Positions 51,987 to 64,000 of a DNA stretch of 64,000 nt are shown here, piece after piece. The notes under the pieces are model-generated. The model was given only the letters and a program-made list of their open reading frames with translations, was not told the DNA's origin and made no database searches. Source of the DNA: Marsupella aquatica (lineage: Eukaryota; Plantae; Marchantiophyta). Positions within the stretch are counted from its first letter, which is position 1, and the number at the start of each line of letters is the position of its first letter. The position numbers and the translations under genes are program-made. Where the stretch lies: positions 2,372,457 through 2,436,456 of the forward strand of contig OZ316894.1 of NCBI GenBank assembly GCA_973895155.1. Direction: 5' to 3'.

Positions 51987-54194
51987 CCCCAATCAATTTT
52001 TCTGTAGAAGTAAATCTTTCTGTAAAATCAATGTAAAGTGGACAGAGGTCTTTGTACAGACTTCAAAAAGATTCTGGAGATGGATGATGAACTGGAGTAC
52101 GGGTTAGCCAGGGCAAATCGGCTATTTATGGTAGGACTCCTCAAATTGGTACGGTATGGAGTCAGGAAATATCAAATTGCGTCCACTGGGTGGATGCAAT
52201 CAGAGGGTTGGCACATTTCCTTGTGTAATGCTGTTGCCTCTCGTTCCCCTATGTTTCTCATATTCACACAACAGAAACTGTAGCCAGAAGGCTACATTGA
52301 AGTGTCACGGTGCACCTGTTGCACTCATCATTCACACCTGTTGTAAATCTTGTCACGAAGCTTTGAACTGGATTTCTCATCCGAGAGCTGCTAGTGTTCA
52401 ATTGCTCATGGCTCCTGTTGTGGATCTTTGTGTATGACGGTCAATGTGACAGAATGTTAGCTCGAAAACAAGTTGTACTGGGTGTGCCTTCTTGACCTAT
52501 CCTGGTATGGGTCATGATTCTGGATTTTCTAATCTGGACTTCTGTACTTATTAGGTACTCAGATGCTTTCCATTTTCCTACTCACTCTTATGAAACATAG
52601 GAACTCCACTCTTTCATCCCGGTCGTTTCCTGATTGACCAATAGTAAGTCAACTGACGAGGCACATACCACTAGTCCACTGTCACAGGATATTGTTGAAC
52701 AACGAGTCTCTGTAATCAAAGTGAATGTTTAACGAGCTTGATCGAAAGGTTTTTGAGCCTTGCTCTGAGGGGTTTAGATCGCTCTAGGCGAAGGCACTAA
52801 TTTATGAAGAAAGGGCATTTTCTGCTGCAACTGTCGTCTGTTTTCTCGTGATTAGTGTCGTCAATATCTACCACCAGCATGAGCATCTTCATGAGGTGAA
52901 TGGACGAGATCAAAATTTGTGGATATGCACTAGACGGTGTTCTTCCTGCTAAAACATGGAGACAACTACAGCGATGGAGGACTGCTGACAGAGAGTAGAC
53001 TAGAAAAGACCATGTAATGTGAAGGTTTGAGAAAACAGTTACTACCCTGCATCATTGTCTTCCGATCTTTGTCTGTGGCCGCTGTGGGATGGAGTTTTCG
53101 CCACCACACAGCCCTCGTATCTTTGGCAAAGGCCATTATAATAGACAGCACAAGTTTCGGAGTTCACTGAAGGCAAGAAGTTCTACTCTTGAGTTTCAAT
53201 CCGGGCATGAACTCAGGGCGCTTCTCAGCAGCCGTAGCCTAGGGATGTCTCCACCATCAGTCATCTTTACATATAATTCTGGTACACGTCTTCCCAAGAA
53301 TGAGATTCGAGCAATTCAATTACCCACCACGAATGATTCAAGCAATTTAATGTGAATAGTTCTAAATCACAACTTGCCTGGATAGCCAATCCTGGCAAGC
53401 TTTGATACTCATTTCACATACAGTGTAATTGTGTGTATGAAATGCTACCTTTATGAAAGTTCCTGAAAATACTACAACTGTTCAATACACGCGTTTTATC
53501 CAATATGCTATTTTAGAGTATTTGAGTGTCTATTCACCTAGGCAAATGGACGGGGACGGTTAAAGGCCCCTTTTTATTTGGGACCTCTGGTTTAAGGAAT
53601 CTCAATCAAAAATATCGTATTTAAATATAAGACTTTGTCACAAAAAGTTTCTAAGAAGTGTACATCAGTCCCTGCCAATTGGGATGCCTAAGAGTTATAA
53701 TAACTGATAATTTGATCTTAAACTGTTTTTACCATTTGTCCTATTTGTAAGAAACTTGAAGATGCGACAACCTGCATTTGGTTACAGAGATGAACCCTAA
53801 GGCTGACAACTGATAATGACAAATAGTGGAACCGTACAAATGAAGTGTAAGTTGATGGTCAAAGGGATCATCCTAAGGGAGCTATCAGAACTATGAGCGA
53901 TATATATATATGACAAAGAACTGTATATTGAAGGTTTTGAAGGTCAAGAAGCTATCATTTTCATTGGTCGTCACAGTGACGGCAGTATCACATATTTAGA
54001 GTTGCATGATGTCTAAAAAGCAAGTCATCCCTTCAAAAAGCTCCCACCGTGTAGTTAGTCATACCAACAAATGCTTAGTAACAAAATGTGGATGGCAAAG
54101 AACAAGCTCGCAGAGCCTGTAAAGGAAGAAACGGACATGGAGGGACACCTTTTTTTTTGTGCTAGATGGTAAATATTCCGAGGGAGATTCATAG

Positions 54195-55210
54195 AGAGCC
54201 ACATACCTTCCATAGTTCTGAGAGCTCGTTTAGCATGATTGAAACAAGCCCATCTATCTCCAAGAGTTCTGGTAGTTTCTTTCAGCATAGTTGAAGTCAG
54301 CCCAAGTATGTCTCATACTTCTGATAGCTCGCGGGATAGCTCGTTTCGCATGATAGAAGTGAGCTCATGTATCCCAAGACTTCTAATAGTTTTTTGAACA
54401 TAGTTCAAGCAAGACCAAGGATCTCTCAGAGTTCTGATCGGGGTTGTGATAGCTCGTTGCGCCCCGCGTTTAGCGTGATTGAAGTGAGCCCGTATATCTC
54501 CAAGAATCCTAATAGTTCTTTCAACATAGTTGAAGTAAGCCCAAGAATCGCTCATAGTTCTGATAGCTCCCTTAGGATGATTGAAGTGAGCACATGTATC
54601 TCCAAGTATTCGAATAGTTCTTTCAACGCAGTTCAAACAAGCCCAAGTATCTCTCAGCGTTCCTATAGCTCCTTTAGCATGACCCATGTATCTCCAAGAG
54701 TTGTGAGGGTCGGACTTTGGACATAGCTCAAGCAAGCCCACATATCTCTAGTATTTCTGACGATCTTTCTAGCCGCCGGACAGAAGGGTCGCAAGATAAC
54801 ATTTATCTTCCTACTGCTGTCCACATACTAGATGGGAAATTGCCCCAAGGAGATCCGTCCCCTCTTCTCGTTACTGAAGGGAGCCCCTGTATCTCCAAAA
54901 CTTCTGATTGCTCTTGTCGGTTAATTGAACCAAGCACAAGTATCTCCAATAATTCTGACAGTTCTTCCAGCCGCCATACAGAAGGTAACCCTTGGAGGAC
55001 GAGATTTACCTTCCTGCTACTCTCCAGACATTAGACGTCGGGGGGAGTGCCCCAAGGAGATTCAAGCCCTCTTCCCATTACGGAAGTGAGCCGACATGTC
55101 CCCAAGAGTTCTGGTACCCCTTCTAGCCTAAGTATGTCTAATAGTTCTGACGGTTTTTTAGCCCCCAGACAGAAGGGTCTAAGAGTGAGAGTGATCATTC
55201 TACTGCTCTC
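54195..55210. repeat. 51-bp minisatellite (~11 units, alternating A/B variants) grading into ~190-bp composite units
   Basis: A: TAGCTCGTTTAGCATGATTGAAGTGAGCCCATGTATCTCCAAGAGTTCTGA. B: TAGTTCTTTCAACATAGTTGAAGTAAGCCCAAGTATCTCTCATAGTTCTGA. Composite units at 54760-55210 (CAGAAGGGT.., TGCCCCAAGGAGAT). Confidence 0.9.
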
Positions 55211-55239
55211 CGGACGCCATTATTGTCTGTAACTCCGGT

Positions 55240-55900
55240 GCTATTATCTCCGCCTGTACTAAATCGGACTCTCTGTTCAGAGGAGCTGATATTGAATATG
55301 GAAATTTTCGTGGGTTGCTGAAAGAGAACCCCGAGACATGGCTAGAAGATTTCGAAGCTATTTGAAATAAGTATTTTTTGAGGAATTTATGGACAAGGTT
55401 CCGTTTCATACTGTGCTAACAAAGACAAAACCAGACAAGAAAGAGGAGCCATGAGTAGCTTCGGACGTATGTTTCGAGACTTCAGACTTTACCTCGTAAA
55501 CTCAACATATCAGTACCATAACAGTTTCAGCTATATAGCTGGACTTCCCAAAACAGCGAACGATTAGCTCCAGCACCATGAGGGAGGCAGCCTCGGCAAC
55601 AAAAGATCAGTTGGAGAGAAAGCAAGAGAATGGACCTTAAGCGACGTAACAGAACAGTTGAAAATATATATGCAATTCTTAAACCTCTTCGTGTTCGTCG
55701 GATTCAATTGCCGATCCCGAGGAGTTCTTCTCATATGGATATATTTGAAGAAACTAAATAGGTGCTCTCTGTCCACTTGGCCATGATTGTACTTGCGCGG
55801 AACTAGTACCTTTCAAAAACCCCATATGCTATTTCCAATGCAGAGGAAATACACATCTCCCACGTCAATGTCCCCCCCCAACAATTTTGATCTCTGGGAT
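55240..55900 (+). mobile_element. Decayed retrotransposon gag (Ty3/gypsy-like)
   Basis: EYGNFRGLLKENPETWLEDFEAI* (55294-55365), then LRTYVSRLQTL and YIAGLP (~55460-55549). This matches the motif order of Retrotrans_gag; frameshifted. Confidence 0.65.
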
Positions 55901-56558
55901 TATGCCAACTACGTGCCTTTTCACTACGCAAATTATTATGTTAAGACTCGTAAATTTTCCTATCCAGAATTTACCCCACCCATTGCACAAGTATCTTAAC
56001 AAATTTCTGGTGGCTCCCAGCCCCCATTTTTCGTCTGACCGTCAGGGCTTTACACGTCTGTGAATGTAAGGGGCCAACTCTCGAGTTTCAACCACGAACA
56101 TGAGGATCTCGACATCGTTGTGAGGATTTCGATTCAGACACATATCCAGTGTAGAACGGTCACAACGACAGAGATGCTGGAAAGATAAATTCCAGAAATG
56201 AGCACGAGTAACTTCAACGGCTCATGAGAATCTGTTTCAGTCTATTCGGAAGAAAAAAGACTCAAGAGGAAGAGACACTGCTCCGTAAACCTACTTTTGT
56301 CATAATTTCCGACCCGTTCCCATCACGGCTTTTATTACTCAAATCAGTACCATATACTTCAATTTGACAAAAACTTTATACAGCCTGTATAACGCTACAC
56401 AATCATAAGTAGAAAGGCCCAAAACAGGGAGGGGAGATCTGACTTCAGCTTGTGGTAGAATTATCATACTCCTTATTGACACCCTAACAGGGTATGTATG
56501 ACCGGAAAACCTAACATCCTTAGAATAATTACAACTATGAGAGCTCCAACGAACGGAT

Positions 56559-57899
56559 TCACTTTCCAGCAGCTGCTCTCAGCCACCACCAACCCTTCTT
56601 ATCTGTCTTGGTTTCATCTTCGGAGGCTACCCCTTCGGGTTGAGGAGTTTTTTTCAGGAGGTTAGTGTCGTAACCATGGCTTGTAGCTTTTTCCAACAAC
56701 TTGTCATAAATCTCATCACTGAGCTCAGGAGTCCGACTGAGAACCTGTTGCACGCAACAACACTTTAGGTCAAATACTGTCATCGACTTCAAATCCTACT
56801 TTCCCATGCCTTCAAACTGAGAACGCCGATTGCAAAGCAACACGAGAGGGAGAAAACTGCAGTAGTTCCAAGATCCGAAGAGAAGTGTAATTTCTAGCAT
56901 CCACTTCAAATTTTAATAAACAAGAACAGCGAATTGCAATTCATAATCTCCACCACTTATTTCCATCGAATCATGTGTTTCCCTATGCAAGATCAAAATC
57001 AAGAGCCTGACAGTGATTACGAAAAGGTACAACCACAGATTCATAACCATGTAGGTTTTCTATAGAGATAGAGCCTGAAAGGTTTATCTTAACAGCAATG
57101 GCAGGTTCTAATCCTGTCATAGAAAACTCTCGCTGGAAGTTTCAGCTGAGGAATACACAAGACAAACCTCCGGATTCTACAGGGCTAGTTCCGATAATTT
57201 GGACACTAGCGTGTCTTAGGGGTGCAACTTAGTCCAAGCAAAGTGACATTGAAGATATTGCTCAGTTCTTTACAATTCCAACGTCGCCCCATGCCAATAA
57301 AGTCAGCAAGAACAACTAAAGTTCTGTTTGATTAAGATATGTTTGTGAGAGAAATACCATATGAACCTTCACTTTCAACATGTGTATGTTCGTCTTAAGA
57401 GCAGTGACAGACAATCCATGACAAGACCTTCCATTCCCTTACATTGGAGATATGATCGAGGCACCATTTTGGAAAAGAATTATAACAGTCCAGCTACAGA
57501 ACAGCATTAAGAGAGGTGGACGACGAAAAAAGAACTCACCCATAGGTATTTCTTAGATGGCTGGCCAACGAGAGCGTATGAGTAATCCTTCTCTTCCAAA
57601 GCCAGCACCCAGTAATCGCCAGTCACAGGGAACAGAGGCAAAAACGGTGGCACCCAGAACTTAACCAGCAGCTTGGCATCCTCAGATTTAGGGTCCGATT
57701 TCCATGCCTTCCCCTCAATGTAGCTCCGACTCCCGCCCACCCAAGTCTCGTTCAGAACATGGATGGTCTGATCCTCATTCAGAGTGTACGTGGCCCTGGA
57801 ATTCGTCCCAGTCCTTGGCTGGAACCTGGACGGAATGGACGCAATCTCATACCACCGCCCTGCGTACTTCGTCAAATCCACATTCTTCACTGTCTCCAT
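56559..57899 (-). CDS. TIL: Temperature-induced lipocalin, 181 aa
   Basis: Exons 57899-57540 and 56744-56559 (phase-0 GT-AG intron at YLW|VLSR). Motifs: VDLTKYAGRWYEIASIPSRFQP, VLNETW, KLLVKFWVPPFLPLFPVTGDYWVL, YALVGQP, GYDTNLLKKTPQ, C-terminal KGWWWL. Confidence 0.96.
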
Positions 57900-58337
57900 C
57901 CCAACTCACCAAACTAAATCTGGTTAGATCAAACTCACAGTACAGCAAGCTCCCCCAACGACCGCAATTGCCGGCTACAGCAGTCCCCTTTCAAAAGTCT
58001 GGAAACACTCAAAGTTCTGAACAAATCTAACAGCTCAAAGCCCAGAGTGACCTCTTTCGCACTACCCCAAGAATGAACGAAAGAACCAACTAACAAACAA
58101 TCCGACCAAGCTCGGTATTCACCAATGCCAACAGTGCAGGCTGCTGAGCTGGTGTACTGTCCGGAACTGCTGAGTGATGAGCTGGGCGAATCTGTGTGGT
58201 TGGAGCTGATGCCTTCGGATCAGTTTTATGAGGAGCGATTGATGGCGGACGGAGTGACAAGCGTGCACGCAACGCACCCCTATTGCTGCTCGATCCCGCC
58301 CTCTGCTAGTCTGCTACCGCAGTCGGTTTCCTTTGGT

Positions 58338-58353
58338 TTGACGCCCACGTCAA
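58338..58353. promoter_or_regulatory. Palindromic bZIP-type site upstream of TIL
   Basis: TTGACG-CCCA-CGTCAA. The minus strand reads TGACGTGG (hex/UPRE-type), ~440 bp upstream of the ATG. Confidence 0.35.
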
Positions 58354-59245
58354 TGTAACACGACCTCCTTGGCTATGGCGGCTCGATCGATCAAGGCAAT
58401 TGGCTGATTCTCTTTTTGCCTTCGCCATAACTCTCCCGCGCAATTACGTGCGAACGGAGCTCGAATCTGAACACCGTCCAAATTTGAATATACAGTAAAG
58501 CAAACGACAGTGTATTAAGAACTAAAGTTAACTGGACCTGAGTTAGTCTAACTCGGGTTAAATGGCATCGCCTACACGAATACTATGAATCCACGTGCTG
58601 TCTGAAACGTACTGTAAGTGTACTCGATCTCTGACGTTGATTCCTAGGATCGACGGTTCAGATAAGAGATTCTGGTTACACACTGGGACTTTACTCTGAC
58701 ACTCTGAATGTAACTGACGCGCACTTCGGGATCCTCAGAGCCCTACAGGAGCCAATATAGTGTTGGCACGTTTAGGAAGTATGCCACATCACTTTTATGG
58801 TGGCGTTTTGGAATAATGTTACGGACTACTGTTCCAGGATTTTCAAGCAGCACTATTTGCGCACCGGTTTCATGAAGCCCTTAAAGGGGGTGAGGTGCCA
58901 AATCCCAGGTTGTAAATAACACCACGATTTACTGCACTACAACTATAGTTCATGCCCCCTGTGATCCTCCAGTCAATTGGGTTCGGATTTCGGAGCTTAT
59001 CTTAAATCATCAGAGTCAACTCTTTTCGGTTGATTTAAAAAAACAATAACAGATAAGTCCAAAACTCTTGATACTCGGATGGAAACATACCATTATACCA
59101 AAGACCTTTCAACACAGACAAGGGGGGGGGGGGGAGGGGCGGGAATTATTACAAGCTATAGTTTTGAAGTGGGCGTGGTGGGAGTCAGTCCAAGCATCTT
59201 GTCAAACATTGTGGTCTATGGAGCTTCAGTACTTGTTTCAAGTAC

Positions 59246-59510
59246 TTTTTAAATTTTTATTTATTCCGCTGGAACCTCACGGAGAGCGTCCCAAAGGCAA
59301 AAATGGCCCCAAGGGGCAGAGATCCGACAGGGCCCAGGCCAGGAGGGAGAGAGGATTCAACCAGAACCCCAAAACAACCAATCAGAGACTGAGAGGATAA
59401 TCAATTTAACCCCCCCCCCCCCCCCCCCCCATACACTCCACACCCTTTGCGTGTGGAGGGAGGATTGAACCTGAGACCTCTTGGTTCTAAACTCATCCTC
59501 TGGCTGATCC
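59246..59510 (-). mobile_element. tRNA-derived SINE (~265 bp) with A-rich tail
   Basis: Minus strand: degenerate A box, B box GGTTCAATCC (59471-59462), GC-rich body and tail AATAAATAAAAATTTAAAAA. Confidence 0.55.
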
Positions 59511-61259
59511 TATTTCCTCCTATTCAGAAACCATTTCAATTGCCTTAAGAGAAATATTTTGGTATGGGTGATCTCAAGCGTCTTCTTTTCCATTTCATAG
59601 ATATGAAACTTAGGACCTGCTCTAGTATTAAAAACAATTAAAAAACTTAAGGACTTGCTCTAGCTAGTGCATGCCATATGTAACCGGCCTTCCTTCCGCA
59701 ATAAGTGGGCTCGTCTTTCCATACCAGCAACAGCCTTGTGGTGTCCGGAAAACTTGAAAAAGAGACCAAAAGAAAAAGGTCCATTTTCTGACGGTGCATG
59801 TTGGCAGGTCTCGAGGGTTACCTGCTTATAAGGGCCTGCATGCATGCATGCATGTTTCCCATAGAGGTATCAACTTATTAACGAGTTTATTACGACTTTG
59901 TATCGTGACAATCATGCTCTCTAAGGTACAGCAATCCATCAACTCTTCTTTTAGGGTTCCCATTTGTTTAAAGGTGGAAAGGTTGTTGTGAGGATTTTTT
60001 AAAGGGTTTTTCTTTGCTTCTTTTTGCTTTTAGGGTTCCCCAATATTTTAAAACAAGTTCACAAGTTGTTGGGATTTTCTCTAGTTGTTTTGTCTGTCTG
60101 TTTGCCCATATTTGAAAAGTTGATAGAGGGAGGGAGGGAGGTGAGGGGTTGGGAGGCGCAAATGGAGGAAGGAGAGGCTTTCTATTCCTTTCTAAAGGTT
60201 CCTCACTTGCGCTTTTCTCTAGTGTCCATGGTAGGGTTCTATGCTACTACAGTGATTGGTATCCTTTTTATAATCGAGATATTCAATCATGAATATTATT
60301 TCTTTTCTTCATGGAAACTTGGGGCACCGTTTTGGAGATTAAAGATACTGACGGATTGTGAATATCTTATTGGTGAATTAAAAATCAATAAATCCATTTG
60401 GTTAGACATGTCCGTGACAAGTGAGAGGCCCAATAGTATGTTGTATATGTTGGGGTCGGCATGGACCAAATTCAACCTACCAGCATATGATATGATAATA
60501 ACAACATAATTGAACAAGGAGTGCCCTCTTTGTTGCATTCTATGTTTGTAGGACCCATACTACCCGACCCTACCCTACCCTACCCTCACGGTCCCGCTCA
60601 AAGCTTTCTCTCTCCAACCGTAGCCAGCGTTCCCTTGGCCTTTAGTCCCTTCTTTGGATGCCACCACTATAAGGCCCAGAAAGGGGTGGTCCATCATCCC
60701 TCATCTTTATGTTTTATTTTTCTAGGGGTACACTTTGGTTGATGGTCAGATATTAAAGTAAAATGCTAAACGAGAGTTCAGAAAGGGGAAATGTTACTTC
60801 TTCTTGGGATATTTACTAACATGCTAAACTAGTACTTGCCCACTTAGAGAAGATTTCATGTCCCACTTGAAGACCTAGTTACAATATTCGATGTGTACCA
60901 TTAGCTCATTGCACTATTGCAGGTACTAGGTTTTTATCTCTAAGTATTCCCTTTTCCAAGTTTTGCTTTTGAGTTTGCTTTTGAGTTTGTCCTTACTATA
61001 CCTCGTTTTCTTTTACTCCCGGTTTTGGGGGTTTCGATTTGCCATTTGCTTTGAGTTTGTCCTTATTTTACACCTCTTTTGCTTTTACTCCCTTGTACTT
61101 TGTTTGCCCTTGTTTGTAAATTAGTCTCCTTTTCCAAAACTCTGATGATTCATTTTTGATTTAAGAAACAAGAGTGCAAGAACTACAGTAGGCTTGTCAG
61201 GAGTTAGTTTGTAGCATCCAAATAATGTTTACTAGCTGGATGCAATGTTACTCATGCCT

Positions 61260-62690
61260 CTATTTTTTATTTTGAAAAGGAGAAGGCTCTTTCGCAAGGC
61301 CAGCCAGGGGCAGAAACTACCTTCAGGGAACCAACAAAGGCCTTCAAGGTGAAACTAGTCTCGCCAGGTAATTCACTGGATTCACCTGACTGTTTTAAGT
61401 GCTACCTATCACTATGACTACAAAGAAAACTAGAGAGCTGGTATTGTCTATCCTCCTATCAAATCTTGCTAGGGTAATGGTGATGGTGATTATTTGCTGT
61501 TTGGGCAGACTTATGCGCATTGTTGCTGACCTTGTCTCTGGCGGTCAAGGTGTGCCGACAAAAGATTCTGAAATTAAAAGGGGTTGCAGGTGAGTTGGGT
61601 TCATCATGCAATTCCCATTGAAGGGCCAACACTCCTCGTAGGTTGTGTATGTCAATCATACATACCATATATTCTGGGTTAACGCTTGAGGAGCTCGACT
61701 ACCCTGCCACTTAGCTCTGGCATCATTGACTCCGACCCCAAGCTCCTCTACGATCCAGGTCTCTGGAAGGGCCATCTGGTGGGGACTATGTATGGGGAGA
61801 CTAGTGGGCAATGAAACATTGCACTAGCAAACTAAGGCCATGCGTTGAGATGGTGACGCACACTAAGGACTTAGATTAACATTGGGAGCTGGTTGGGTCA
61901 AGGGAAGGGCCGTAAAAATGGCACCACACAAGTGAGCTAGGCTCAGAGAGTGCCGTACATTTTTTGGCCACGTCTGTCCTTCTGAACTAAGTAACCTGGA
62001 CTGCCCACAAAGTAACCCGGACTGCCACAGACTCTATTTGAGACCTCCTACTTCACTGAGTCCAGCTCAAGACATCCACTGAGGGAGAGATATGCTCACT
62101 GTTTCCAGTTAGGGGGTGTCCAATTAAGGACAGAAAGATTATGGACTATCAAATTCAATATCCATAACTCTTTTGCTAAGTATAGAGATTGGGGTGCCAT
62201 GACCATAAGTCACTTTAGAGTCTAGTAAAAACCAGGAAAGGAGACCCCTTGAACATCTTTAAATTTGGACTTAATGGACCACAAAGATGGATTCATGACT
62301 TGACCAGGCACCCCAGCCGGTCGGCAGTAAAAAAATTAAAAAAATGGATGAAGTTTGTCTTAGTTGTCATTAGGTCTGCCTCCCCTAACACAAGGTGGGA
62401 GAGGATTTGAAAGAAACAACATTTGGTAGATTTGTGGTGCCTTGAGTCAAGTAATGGCGTCCTGTGAAGCAGGGCAGACCCTACGACGACTGAGGTGAAC
62501 TTCATGTGTTTTATTATATTATTGACTACCAACAATCTGAGGGGCCTACTCAAGTCCTGAAATCATCTTTGGGGTAGGTTAAGTCCATAAGATGCTGGAG
62601 AGGCCTGGTTAAGTCATTTCTTGAGTAAGAACTCTAGAGGCTACAGAAAACTAAAATAAAACTGGATAACTGTAAACAAGCTACAGTCAT
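61260..62690 (-). mobile_element. Possible highly decayed LINE 3' portion
   Basis: Minus-strand A-rich end at ~61260-61273. PCVRGGRPNDN*DKLHPFF (~62400-62340) loosely resembles the zf-RVT CxxC..E..H.FF motif. Confidence 0.3.
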
Positions 62691-62931
62691 TTGTTTTTGG
62701 CAATGCACAGGCGCGGTCGTGGTTATTCCCAACAGCAATAGGGCGTGTCAAAGTATAGTTGTATTTGATTGACCACTCAGGCCATAAAACTCACTTACAG
62801 ACAGAATAGGTATGGGTTACCAAAATAAGTACCCCATAAAATATATTGATACTACCAAAAATATAAAACTGTAACCAATGTGTTAAGGGAGAGGGAGAAC
62901 TTTGAGATGCCCTAATAAGATTATCACTAAC

Positions 62932-63027
62932 TATGAAGCTTGGAGACTCCCTAATCCAAATAAGTATGAAGCTTCGAGACCCCCTAATCCAAATAAGTAT
63001 GAAGCTTGGAGACCCCCTAATGCAAAT
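62932..63027. repeat. 33-bp tandem repeat x3
   Basis: TATGAAGCTTGGAGACCCCCTAATCCAAATAAG unit. Confidence 0.9.
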
Positions 63028-64000
63028 TTCCAAAGCATCTTGTTGCAAGAACACTACAATCCAGCGCCGAAATAGACGTAAAAAGCAGAGGTTGTGATCC
63101 TGATTCACTCTTTCTTTCCAGCAGCTCTTGGCCGAAGGTTTAACGCATGTGTCGTATTTATCACCTGAAGCATTATCAGAACAGACGACGAATATGAATT
63201 CAAGAAACTGACAATGCACAGGCGCGGTCGTGGCCATCCTCGAGGCGGAGCTCCGATTGTTGTTTCCAAACCGAAGAGCTAAAAAGTAGGCAACGTACTT
63301 AAAGTTGGAATTATTGTGAACGTCACTCAAGCCACCGTACCAGAGAAAAACATTCCACGATTCCATGGTTTGTCTGAGAAAGTCTTCGCTAATGTGAGTA
63401 TTCATCGGCGTTTTGTGGAGGTGCCGTTAATTATGCTACCTTGTCACGCTCACGAGTCACCGCAGAGCTTTGTTAATTTGTTATCAATCGACGGCCATTT
63501 CTTGTTTTCTCGTGAATACATGCTGGAGCACTAACAACACGGTCCTTTTCTGTTAACAGCCTTTTCTTGATTGTTTAGCACAAATCGTTGAAGCTTCGCG
63601 CAGTTCTGTGAGTACTAGCGATCGCTACGGTCCTTAATGCGCATACTCTTTCAAACATGACGGTCTTTCTTTGTCAATACATCATCATAAGCAATTCGGT
63701 ACTGCTCGGCGGCATTCGTTATGATTCAGAGGAACGTTGAAATCGAGCCATGAGCACATAGGTCAGTGAGGAGCACGTTCCTCTCTGAACAAGAGCATCA
63801 CCGCAATAGCTCCTGGACAGTCGTTAAGATCGATGAAGTGAAATGTGCAAGTCAAGACACGAGCACAGCGACCTTTTTTGTCGCTAAATGCCAAGTTACC
63901 GATATAATACTGCACACGGACATTGGGTCTTGAAAAATTTGTCTAAAGAAAATAGGACAAGTTTAATCGATTTTTGTTATTATTCGATGGATTGTCCAAA

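Noticed and set aside
60024-60509. 161-aa hydrophobic ORF
   Set aside because: Non-ATG start, T-rich repeat-derived composition, and no domain.

Overview
Land-plant nuclear DNA. A non-seed plant such as a bryophyte is suggested by gene style only. Three intact spliced genes: (1) a CCCH zinc finger + OST-HTH/LOTUS + RRM RNA-binding protein of the AtC3H18/C3H53 family (+, 27558-33176, 8 coding exons); (2) a GHR1/SIRK1/PAN2-like LRR receptor pseudokinase (+, 47432-51986, 3 exons); (3) a temperature-induced lipocalin, TIL (-, 57899-56559, 2 exons). The rest is TE debris and repeats: a CACTG-type terminus, four copies of a hAT-like MITE, a decayed nepenthesin-type aspartic protease, the 3' part of a Ty3/gypsy-like element with a long accessory coiled-coil ORF, a foldback element, SINE heads, a gag relic and several minisatellites. 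The most notable observation is an out-of-frame 'ghost' RING-HC finger running across the last exons and 3'UTR of the CCCH-LOTUS-RRM gene. The second is a divergent antisense ORF upstream of that gene that runs into a two-tier minisatellite. Coordinates were read by eye and no searches were run.
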